Source: Eledone cirrhosa
Lineage: Eukaryota
DNA length: 64,000 nt
Direction of reading: 5' to 3'
Assembly: GCA_964016885.1 (NCBI GenBank)
Contig: OZ024744.1
Location: 99,944,001 to 100,008,000 of the forward strand
A program made the position numbers and the translations under genes. Shown here piece after piece: positions 38,501 through 50,500 of this stretch. Below the pieces are notes generated by a model, which saw nothing but the letters and a program-made list of their open reading frames with translations, had not been told where the DNA came from and did not search any database. Numbering within the stretch: position 1 is the first letter of the stretch; each line of letters opens with the position of its first letter.

Positions 38501-41500
38501 GTAGTTGTAGCAGTGTAAAACAGGGTGGTGGGCATGGTTGGAGAGCTGTAAAGAGACAATAGATGGTGGTAGTTGTAGCACTGTAAAACAGGGTGGTGGG
38601 CATGGTTGGAGAGCTGTAAAGAGACAGTAGATGGTAGTAGTTGTAGCACTGTAAAACATGGTGGTGGGCATGGTTGGAGAGCTGTAAAGAAACAATAGAA
38701 GGTGGTAGTTGTAGCACTGGAAAACAGGGTGGTGGGCATGGTTGGAGAGCTGTAAAGATACAATAGAAGGTGGTAGTTGTAGCACTGTAAAACATGGTGG
38801 TGGGCATGGTTGGAGAGCTGTAAAGAAACAATAGAAGGTTGTAGTTGTAGCACTGTAAAACAGGGTGGTGGTCATGGTTGGAGAGCTGTAAAGAAACAGT
38901 AGATGGTGGTAGTTGTAGCACTGTAAAACAGGGTGGGGGGCATGGTTGGAGAGCTGTAAAGAAACAATAGATGGTGGGAGTTGTAGCACTGTAAATCAGG
39001 GTGGTGGGCATGGTTGGAGAGCTGTAAAGAAACAATAGAAGGTGGTAGTTGTAGCACTGTAAAACAGGGTGGTGGGCATGGTTGGAGAGCTGTAAAGAGA
39101 CAATAGATGGTGGGAGTTGTAGCACTGTAAAACAGGGTGGGGGGCATGGTTGGAGAGCTGTAAAGAAACAGTAGATGGTGGTAGTTGTAGCACTGTAAAA
39201 CATGGTGGTGGGCATGGTTGGAGAGCTGTAAAGAAACAGTAGAAGGTGGTAGTTGTAGCACTGTAAAACAAGGTGGTGCGCATGGTTGGAGAGCTGTAAA
39301 GAAACAATAGATGGTGGTAGTTGTAGCACTGTAAAACAGGGTGGTGAGCATGGTTGGAGAGCTGTAAAGAGACAGTAGAAGGTGGTAGTTGTAGCACTGT
39401 AAAACATGGTGGTGGGCATGGTTGGAGAGCTGTAAAGAGACAATAGATGGTGGTAGTTGAAGCACTGTAAAACAGGGTGGTGGGCATGGTTGGAGAGCTG
39501 TAAAGATAACAATAGATGGTGGTAGTTGTAGCACTGTAAAACAGGGTGGTGGGCATGGTTGGAGAACTGTAAAGAGACAGTAGAAGGTGGGAGTTGTAGC
39601 ACTGTAAGACAGGGTGGTGGGCATGGTTGGAGAGCTGTAAAGAAACAATAGATGGTGGTAGTTGTAGCACTGTAAAACAGGGTGGTGGGCATGGTTGGAG
39701 AGCTGTAAAGAAACAGTAGATGGTGGTAGATGTAGCACTGTAAAACAGGGTGGTGGGCATGGTTGGAGAGCTGTAAAGAAACAATAGAAGGTGGGAGTTG
39801 TAGCATTGTAAAACAGGGTGGTGGGCATGGTTGGAGAGCTGTAAAGAAACAGTAGATGGTGGTAGTTGTAGCACTGTAAAACAGGGTGGTGGGCATGGTT
39901 GGAGAGCTGTAAAGAAACAATAGATGGTGGGAGTTGTAGCACTGTAAATCAGGGTGGTGGGCATGGTTGGAGAGCTGTAAAGAAACAATAGAAGGTGGTA
40001 GTTGTAGCACTGTAAATCAGGGTGGTGGGCATGGTTGGAGAGCTGTAAAGAGAGAATAGATGGTGGGAGTTGTAGCACTGTAAAACAGGGTGGTGGGGAT
40101 GGTTGGTGAGCTGTAAAGAGACAATAGATTGTGGGAGTTGTAGCACTGTAAAACATGGTGGTGGGCATGGTTGGAGAGCTGTAAAGAAATAATAGATGGT
40201 GGTAGTTGTAGCACTGTAAAACAGGGTGGTGAGCATCGTTGGAGAGCTGTAAAGAGACAATAGATGGTGGTAGTTGTAGCAGTGTAAAACAGGGTGGTGG
40301 GCATGGTTGGAGAGCTGTAAAGAAACAATAGATGGTAGTAGTTGTAGTACTGTAAACCAGGGTGGTGGGCAGGGTTGGAGAGCTGTAAAGAGACAGTAGA
40401 AGGTGGTAGTTGTAGCACTGTAAAACATGGTGGTGGGCATGGTTGGAGAGCTGTAAAGAGACAATAGATGGTGGTAGTTGAAGCACTGTAAAACAGGGTG
40501 GTGGGCAAGGTTGGAGAGCTGTAAAGATAACAATAGATGGTGGTAGTTGTAGCACTGTAAAACAGGGTGGTGGGCATGGTTGGAGAGCTGTAAAGAGACA
40601 GTAGAAGGTGGGAGTTGTAGCACTGTAAGACAGGGTGGTGGGCATGGTTGGAGAGCTGTAAAGAAAAAATAGAAGGTGGGAGTTGTAGCACTGTAAAACA
40701 GGGTGGTGGGCATGGTTGGAGAGCTGTAAAGAGACAATAGATGGTGGTAGTTGTAGCACTGTAAAACAGGGTGGTGGGCATGGTTGGATAGCTGTAAAGA
40801 AACAGTAGAAGGTGGTAGTTGTAGCACTGTAAAACAGGGTGGTGGGCATGGTTGGAGAGCTGTAAAGAGACAATAGATGGTGGGAGTTGTAGCACTGTAA
40901 AACAGGGTGGTGGGCATGGTTGGAGAGCTGTAAAGGAACAGTAGAAGGTGGGAGTTGTAGCACTGTAAAACAGGGTGGTGGGCATGGTTGGAGAGCTGTA
41001 AAGAGACAATAGATGGTGGTAGTTGTAGCACTGTAAAACAGGGTGGTGGGCATGGTTGGAGAGCTGTAAAGAAACAGTAGATGGTGGTAGTTGTAGCACT
41101 GTAAAACAGGGTGGTGGGCATGGTTGGAGAGCTGTAAAGAAACAGTAGATGGTGGTAGTTGTAGCACTGTAAAACAGGGTGGTGGGCATGGTTGGAGAGT
41201 TGTAAAGAGACAATAGATGGTGGTAGTTGTAGCACTGTAAAACATGGTGGTGGGCATGGTTGGAGAGCTGTAAAGAAACAATAGAAGGTGGTAGTTGTAG
41301 CACTGGAAAACAGGGTGGTGGGCATGGTTGGAGAGCTGTAAAGATACAATAGAAGGTGGTAGTTGTAGCACTGTAAAACATGGTGGTGGGCATGGTTGGA
41401 GAGCTGTAAAGAAACAATAGAAGGTGGTAGTTGTAGCACTGTAAAACAGGGTGGTTGGCATGGTTGGAGAGCTGTAAAGAAACAGTAGATGGTGGTAGTT

Positions 41501-44500
41501 GTAGCACTGTAAAACAGGGTGGTGGGCATGGTTGGAGAGCTGTAAAGAAACAATAGATGGTGGGAGTTGTAGCACTGTAAATCGGGGTGGTGGGCATGGT
41601 TGGAGAGCTGTAAAGAAACAATAGAAGGTGGTAGTTGTAGCACTGTAAAACAGGCTGGTGGGCATGGTTGGAGAGCTGTAAAGAGACAATAGATGGTGGG
41701 AGTTGTAGCACTGTAAAACAGGGTGGTGGGCATGGTTGGTGAGCTGTAAAGAGACAATAGATCGTGGGAGTTGTAGCACTGTAAAACATGGTGGTGGGCA
41801 TGGTTGGAGAGCTGTAAAGAAACAGTAGAAGGTGGTAGTTGTAGCACTGTAAAACAAGGTGGTGCGCATGGTTGGAGAGCTGTAAAGAAACAATAGATGG
41901 TGGTAGTTGTAGCACTGTAAAACAGGGTGGTGAGCATGGTTGGAGAGCTGTAAAGAGACAATAGATGGTGGTAGTTGTAGCAGTGTAAAACAGGGTGGTG
42001 GGCATGGTTGGAGAGCTGTAAAGAAACAATAGATGGTGGTAGTTGTAGTACTGTAAACCAGGGTGGTGGGCAGGGTTGGAGAGCTGTAAAGAGACAGTAG
42101 AAGGTGGTAGTTGTAGCACTGTAAAACATGGTGGTGGGCATGGTTGGAGAGCTGTAAAGAGACAATAGATGGTGGTAGTTGAAGCACTGTAAAACAGGGT
42201 GGTGGGCATGGTTGGAGAGCTGTAAAGAGACAGTAGAAGGTGGGAGTTGTAGCACTGTAAGACAGGGTGGTGGGCATGGTTGGAGAGCTGTAAAGAAACA
42301 ATAGAAGGTGGGAGTTGTAGCACTGTAAAACAGGGTGGTGGGCATGGTTGGAGAGCTGTAAAGAGACAATAGATGGTGGTAGTTGTAGCACTGTAAAACA
42401 GGGTGGTGGGCATGGTTCGAGAGCTGTAAAGAGACAATAGAAGGTGGTAGTTGTAGCACTGTAAAACAGGGTGGTGGGCATGGTTGGAGAGCTGTAAAGA
42501 GACAATAGATGGTGGTAGTTGTAGCACTGTAAAACAGGGTGGTGGGCATGGTTGGAGAGCTGTAAAGAGACAATAGATGGTGGTAGTTGTAGCACTGTAA
42601 AACAGGGCGGTGGGCATGGTTGGAGAGCTGTAAAGAAACAGTAGAAGGTGGTAGTTGTAGCAGTGTAAAACAGGGTGGTGGGCATGGTTGGAGAGCTGTA
42701 AAGAGACAATAGATGGTGGCAGTTGTAGCAGTGTAAAACATGGTGGTGGGCATGGTTGGAGAGCTGTAAAGAGACAATAGATGGTGGTAGTTGTAGCAGT
42801 GTAAAACAGGGTGGTGGGCATGGTTGGAGAGCTGTAAAGAGACAATAGATGGTGGTAGTTGTAGCATTGTAAAACAGGGTGGTGGGCATGGTTGGAGAGC
42901 TGTAAAGAGACAGTAGATGGTAGTAGTTGTAGCACTGTAAAACATGGTGGTGGGCATGGTTGGAGAGCTGTAAAGAAACAATAGAAGGTGGTAGTTGTAG
43001 CACTGGAAAACAGGGTGGTGGGCATGGTTGGAGAGCTGTAAAGATACAATAGAAGGTGGTAGTTGTAGCACTGTAAAACATGGTGGTGGGCATGGTTGGA
43101 GAGCTGTAAAGAAACAATAGAAGGTTGTAGTTGTAGCACTGTAAAACAGGGTGGTGGTCATGGTTGGAGAGCTGTAAAGAAACAGTAGATGGTGGTAGTT
43201 GTAGCACTGTAAAACAGGGTGGTGGGCATGGTTGGAGAGCTGTAAAGAAACAATAGATGGTGGGAGTTGTAGCACTGTAAATCAGGGTGGTGGGCATGGT
43301 TGGAGAGCTGTAAAGAAACAATAGAAGGTGGTAGTTGTAGCACTGTAAAACAGGGTGGTGGGCATGGTTGGAGAGCTGTAAAGAGACAATAGATGGTGGG
43401 AGTTGTAGCACTGTAAAACAGGGTGGGGGGCATGGTTGGAGAGCTGTAAAGAAACAGTAGATGGTGGTAGTTGTAGCACTGTAAAACATGGTGGTGGGCA
43501 TGGTTGGAGAGCTGTAAAGAAACAGTAGAAGGTGGTAGTTGTAGCACTGTAAAACAAGGTGGTGCGCATGGTTGGAGAGCTGTAAAGAAACAATAGATGG
43601 TGGTAGTTGTAGCACTGTAAAACAGGGTGGTGAGCATGGTTGGAGAGCTGTAAATAGTCAATAGATGGTGGTAGTTGTAGCAGTGTTAAACAGGGTGGTG
43701 GGCATGGTTGGAGAGCTGTAAAGAAACAATAGATGGTGGTAGTTGTAGTACTGTAAACCAGGGTGGTGGGCATAGTTGGAGAGCTGTAAAGAGACAGTAG
43801 AAGGTGGTAGTTGTAGCACTGTAAAACATGGTGGTGGGCATGGTTGGAGAGCTGTAAAGAGACAATAGATGGTGGTAGTTGAAGCACTGTAAAACAGGGT
43901 GGTGGGCATGGTTGGAGAGCTGTAAAGATAACAATAGATGGTGGTAGTTGTAGCACTGTAAAACAGGGTGGTGGGCATGGTTGGAGAACTGTAAAGAGAC
44001 AGTAGAAGGTGGGAGTTGTAGCACTGTAAGACAGGGTGGTGGGCATGGTTGGAGAGCTGTAAAGAAACAATAGATGGTGGTAGTTGTAGCACTGTAAAAC
44101 AGGGTGGTGGGCATGGTTGGAGAGCTGTAAAGAAACAGTAGATGGTGGTAGATGTAGCACTGTAAAACAGGGTGGTGGGCATGGTTGGAGAGCTGTAAAG
44201 AAACAATAGAAGGTGGGAGTTGTAGCACTGTAAAACAGGGTGGTGGGCATGGTTGGAGAGCTGTAAAGAGACAATAGATGGTGGTAGTTGTAGCACTGTA
44301 AAACAGGGTGGTGGGCATGGTTGGAGAGCTGTAAAGAAACAGTAGAAGGTGGTAGTTGTAGCACTGTAATACAAGGTGGTGCGCATGGTTGGAGAGCTGT
44401 AAAGAAATAATAGATGGTGGTAGTTGTAGCACTGTAAAACAGGGTGGTGAGCATCGTTGGAGAGCTGTAAAGAGACAATAGATGGTGGTAGTTGTAGCAG

Positions 44501-47500
44501 TGTAAAACAGGGTGGTGGGCATGGTTGGAGAGCTGTAAAGAAACAATAGATGGTGGTAGTTGTAGTACTGTAAACCAGGGTGGTGGGCAGGGTTGGAGAG
44601 CTGTAAAGAGACAGTAGAAGGTGGTAGTTGTAGCACTGTAAAACATGGTGGTGGGCATGGTTGGAGAGCTGTAAAGAGACAATAGATGGTGGTAGTTGAA
44701 GCACTGTAAAACAGGGTGGTGGGCATGGTTGGAGAGCTGTAAAGATAACAATAGATGGTGGTAGTTGTAGCACTGTAAAACAGGGTGGTGGGCATGGTTG
44801 GAGAGCTGTAAAGAGACAGTAGAAGGTGGGATTTGTAGCACTGTAAGACAGGGTGGTGGGCATGGTTGGAGAGCTGTAAAGAAAAAATAGAAGGTGGGAG
44901 TTGTAGCACTGTAAAACAGGGTGGTGGGCATGGTTGGAGAGCTGTAAAGTGACAATAGATGGTGGTAGTTGTAGCACTGTAAAACAGGGTGGTGGGCATG
45001 GTTGGATAGCTGTAAAGAAACAGTAGAAGGTGGTAGTTGTAGCACTGTAAAACAGGGTGGTGGGCATGGTTGGAGAGCTGTAAAGAGACAATAGATGGTG
45101 GGAGTTGTAGCACTGTAAAACAGGGTGGTGGGCATGGTTGGAGAGCTGTAAAGGAACAGTAGAAGGTGGGAGTTGTAGCACTGTAAAACAGGGTGGTGGG
45201 CATGGTTGGAGAGCTGTAAAGAAACAATAGATGGTGGTAGTTGTAGCACTGTAAAACAGGGTGGTGGGCATGGTTGGAGAGCTGTAAAGAAACAGTAGAT
45301 GGTGGTAGTTGTAGCACTGTAAAACAGGGTGGTGGGCATGGTTGGAGAGCTGTAAAGAAACAGTAGATGGTGGTAGTTGTAGCACTGTAAAACAGGGTGG
45401 TGGGCATGGTTGGAGAGTTGTAAAGAGACAATAGATGGTGGTAGTTGTAGCACTGTAAAACATGGTGGTGGGCATGGTTGGAGAGCTGTAAAGAGACAAT
45501 AGATGGTGGTAGTTGAAGCACTGGAAAACAGGGTGGTGGGCATGGTTGGAGAGCTGTAAAGATAACAATAGATGGTGGTAGTTGTAGCACTGTAAAACAG
45601 GGTGGTGGGCATGGTTGGAGAGCTGTAAAGAGACAGTAGAAGGTGGGAGTTGTAGCACTTTAAGACAGGGTGGTGGGCATGGTTGGAGAGCTGTAAAGAA
45701 ACAATAGAAGGTGGGAGTTGTAGCACTGTAAAACAGGGTGGTGGGCATGGTTGGAGAGCTGTAAAGAGACAATAGATGGTGGTAGTTGTAGCACTGTAAA
45801 ACAGGGTGGTGGGCATGGTTCGAGAGCTGTAAAGAGACAATAGAAGGTGGTAGTTGTAGCACTGTAAAACAGGGTGGTGGGCATGGTTGGAGAGCTGTAA
45901 AGAGACAATAGATGGTGGTAGTTGTAGCACTGTAAAACAGGGTGGTGGGCATGGTTGGAGAGCTGTAAAGAGACAATAGATGGTGGTAGTTGTAGCACTG
46001 TAAAACAGGGCGGTGGGCATGGTTGGAGAGCTGTAAAGAAACAGTAGAAGGTGGTAGTTGTAGCAGTGTAAAACAGGGTGGTGGGCATGGTTGGAGAGCT
46101 GTAAAGAGACAATAGATGGTGGCAGTTGTAGCAGCGTAAAACATGGTGGTGGGCATGGTTGGAGAGCTGTAAAGAGACAATAGATGGTGGTAGTTGTAGC
46201 AGTGTAAAACAGGGTGGTGGGCATGGTTGGAGAGCTGTAAAGAGACAATAGATGGTGGTAGTTGTAGCACTGTAAAACAGGGTGGTGGGCATGGTTGGAG
46301 AGCTGTAAAGAGACAGTAGATGGTAGTAGTTGTAGCACTGTAAAACATGGTGGTGGGCATGGTTGGAGAGCTGTAAAGAAACAATAGAAGGTGGTAGTTG
46401 TAGCACTGGAAAACAGGGTGGTGGGCATGGTTGGAGAGCTGTAAAGATACAATAGAAGGTGGTAGTTGTAGCACTGTAAAACATGGTGGTGGGCATGGTT
46501 GGAGAGCTGTAAAGAAACAATAGAAGGTTGTAGTTGTAGCACTGTAAAACAGGGTGGTGGGCATGGTTGGAGAGCTGTAAAGAAACAGTAGATGGTGGTA
46601 GTTGTAGCACTGTAAAACAGGGTGGTGGGCATGGTTGGAGAGCTGTAAAGAAACAATAGATGGTGGGAGTTGTAGCACTGTAAATCAGGGTGGTGGGCAT
46701 GGTTGGAGAGCTGTAAAGAAACAATAGAAGGTGGTAGTTGTAGCACTGTAAAACAGGGTGGTGGGCATGGTTGGAGAGCTGTAAAGAGACAATAGATGGT
46801 GGGAGTTGTAGCACTGTAAAACAGGGTGGTGGGCATGGTTGGAGAGCTGTAAAGAAACAGTAGATGGTGGTAGTTGTAGCACTGTAAAACATGGTGGTGG
46901 GCATGGTTGGAGAGCTGTAAAGAAACAGTAGAAGGTGGTAGTTGTAGCACTGTAAAACAAGGTGGTGCGCATGGTTGGAGAGCTGTAAAGAAACAATAGA
47001 TGGTGGTAGTTGTAGCACTGTAAAACAGGGTGGTGAGCATGGTTGGAGAGCTGTAAAGAGACAATAGATGGTGGTAGTTGTAGCAGTGTAAAACAGGGTG
47101 GTGGGCATGGTTGGAGAGCTGTAAAGAAACAATAGATGGTGGTAGTTGTAGTACTGTAAACCAGGGTGGTGGGCATGGTTGGAGAGCTGTAAAGAGACAG
47201 TAGAAGGTGGTAGTTGTAGCACTGTAAAACATGGTGGTGGGCATGGTTGGAGAGCTGTAAAGAGACAATAGATGGTGGTAGTTGAAGCACTGTAAAACAG
47301 GGTGGTGGGCGTGGTTGGAGAGCTGTAAAGATAACAATAGATGGTGGTAGTTGTAGCACTGTAAAACAGGGTGGTGGGCATGGTTGGAGAACTGTAAAGA
47401 GACAGTAGAAGGTGGGAGTTGTAGCACTGTAAGACAGGGTGGTGGGCATGGTTGGAGAGCTGTAAAGAAACAATAGATGGTGGTAGTTGTAGCACTGTAA

Positions 47501-50500
47501 AACAGGGTGGTGGGCATGGTTGGAGAGCTGTAAAGAAACAGTAGATGGTGGTAGATGTAGCACTGTAAAACAGGGTGGTGGGCATGGTTGGAGAGCTGTA
47601 AAGAAACAATAGAAGGTGGGAGTTGTAGCACTGTAAAACAGGGTGGTGGGCATGGTTGGAGAGCTGTAAAGAGACAATAGATGGTGGTAGTTGTAGCACT
47701 GTAAAACAGGGTGGTGGGCATGGTTCGAGAGCTGTAAAGAGACAATAGAAGGTGGTAGTTGTAGCACTGTAAAACAGGGTGGTGGGCATGGTTGGAGAGC
47801 TGTAAAGAGACAATAGATGGTGGGAGTTGTAGCACTGTAAAACAGGGCGGTGGGCATGGTTGGAGAGCTGTAAAGAGACAGTAGATGGTGGTAGTTTGGT
47901 GCACTGTAAAACAGGGTGGTGGGCATGGTTGGAGAGCTGTAAAGAAACAATAGAAGGTGGTAGTTGTAGCTGTGTAAAACAGGGTGGTGGGCATGGTTGG
48001 AGAGCTGTAAAGAGACAATAGATGGTGGTAGTTGTAGCACTGTAAAACAGGGTGGTGGGCATGGTTGGAGAGCTGTAAAGAGACAATAGATGGTGGTAGT
48101 TGTAGCACTGTAAAACAGGGTGGTGGGCATGGTTTGAGAGCTGTAAAGAAACAATAGATGGTGGTAGTTGTAGCACTGTAAAACAGGGTGGTGGGCATGG
48201 TTGGAGAGTTGTAAAGAGACAATAGATGGTGGTAGTTGTAGCACTGTAAAACATGGTGGTGGGCATGGTTGGAGAGCTGTAAAGAAACAATAGAAGGTGG
48301 TAGTTGTAGCACTGGAAAACAGGGTGGTGGGCATGGTTGGAGAGCTGTAAAGAAACAGTAGATGGTGGTAGTTGTAGCACTGTAAAACAGGGTGGTGGGC
48401 ATGGTTGGAGAGCTGTAAAGAGACAGTAGATGGTAGTAGTTGTAGCACTGTAAAACATGGTGGTGGGCATGGTTGGAGAGCTGTAAAGAAACAATAGAAG
48501 GTGGTAGTTGTAGCACTGGAAAACAGGGTGGTGGGCATGGTTGGAGAGCTGTAAAGATACAATAGAAGGTGGTAGTTGTAGCACTGTAAAACATGGTGGT
48601 GGGCATGGTTGGAGAGCTGTAAAGAAACAATAGAAGGTTGTAGTTGTAGCACTGTAAAACAGGGTGGTGGGCATGGTTGGAGAGCTGTAAAGAAACAGTA
48701 GATGGTGGTAGTTGTAGCACTGTAAAACAGGGTGGTGGGCATGGTTGGAGAGCTGTAAAGAAACAATAGATGGTGGGAGTTGTAGCACTGTAAATCAGGG
48801 TGGTGGGCATGGTTGGAGAGCTGTAAAGAAACAATAGAAGGTGGTAGTTGTAGCACTGTAAAACAGGGTGGTGGGCATGGTTGGAGAGCTGTAAAGAGAC
48901 AATAGATGGTGGGAGTTGTAGCACTGTAAAACAGGGTGGTGGGCATGGTTGGAGAGCTGTAAAGAAACAGTAGATGGTGGTAGTTGTAGCACTGTAAAAC
49001 ATGGTGGTGGGCATGGTTGGAGAGCTGTAAAGAAACAGTAGAAGGTGGTAGTTGTAGCACTGTAAAACAAGGTGGTGCGCATGGTTGGAGAGCTGTAAAG
49101 AAACAATAGATGGTGGTAGTTGTAGCACTGTAAAACAGGGTGGTGAGCATGGTTGGAGAGCTGTAAAGAGACAATAGATGGTGGTAGTTGTAGCAGTGTA
49201 AAACAGGGTGGTGGGCATGGTTGGAGAGCTGTAAAGAAACAATAGATGGTGGTAGTTGTAGTACTGTAAACCAGGGTGGTGGGCATGGTTGGAGAGCTGT
49301 AAAGAGACAGTAGAAGGTGGTAGTTGTAGCACTGTAAAACATGGTGGTGGGCATGGTTGGAGAGCTGTAAAGAGACAATAGATGGTGGTAGTTGAAGCAC
49401 TGTAAAACAGGGTGGTGGGCGTGGTTGGAGAGCTGTAAAGATAACAATAGATGGTGGTAGTTGTAGCACTGTAAAACAGGGTGGTGGGCATGGTTGGAGA
49501 ACTGTAAAGAGACAGTAGAAGGTGGGAGTTGTAGCACTGTAAGACAGGGTGGTGGGCATGGTTGGAGAGCTGTAAAGAAACAATAGATGGTGGTAGTTGT
49601 AGCACTGTAAAACAGGGTGGTGGGCATGGTTGGAGAGCTGTAAAGAAACAGTAGATGGTGGTAGATGTAGCACTGTAAAACAGGGTGGTGGGCATGGTTG
49701 GAGAGCTGTAAAGAAACAATAGAAGGTGGGAGTTGTAGCACTGTAAAACAGGGTGGTGGGCATGGTTGGAGAGCTGTAAAGAGACAATAGATGGTGGTAG
49801 TTGTAGCACTGTAAAACAGGGTGGTGGGCATGGTTCGAGAGCTGTAAAGAGACAATAGAAGGTGGTAGTTGTAGCACTGTAAAACAGGGTGGTGGGCATG
49901 GTTGGAGAGCTGTAAAGAGACAATAGATGGTGGGAGTTGTAGCACTGTAAAACAGGGCGGTGGGCATGGTTGGAGAGCTGTAAAGAGACAGTAGATGGTG
50001 GTAGTTTGGTGCACTGTAAAACAGGGTGGTGGGCATGGTTGGAGAGCTGTAAAGAAACAATAGAATGTGGTAGTTGTAGCTGTGTAAAACAGGGTGGTGG
50101 GCATGGTTGGAGAGCTGTAAAGAGACAATAGATGGTGGTAGTTGTAGCACTGTAAAACAGGGTGGTGGGCATGGTTGGAGAGCTGTAAAGAGACAATAGA
50201 TGGTGGTAGTTGTAGCACTGTAAAACAGGGTGGTGGGCATGGTTTGAGAGCTGTAAAGAAACAATAGATGGTGGTAGTTGTAGCACTGTAAAACAGGGTG
50301 GTGGGCATGGTTGGAGAGTTGTAAAGAGACAATAGATGGTGGTAGTTGTAGCACTGTAAAACATGGTGGTGGGCATGGTTGGAGAGCTGTAAAGAAACAA
50401 TAGAAGGTGGTAGTTGTAGCACTGGAAAACAGGGTGGTGGGCATGGTTGGAGAGCTGTAAAGAAACAGTAGATGGTGGTAGTTGTAGCACTGTAAAACAG

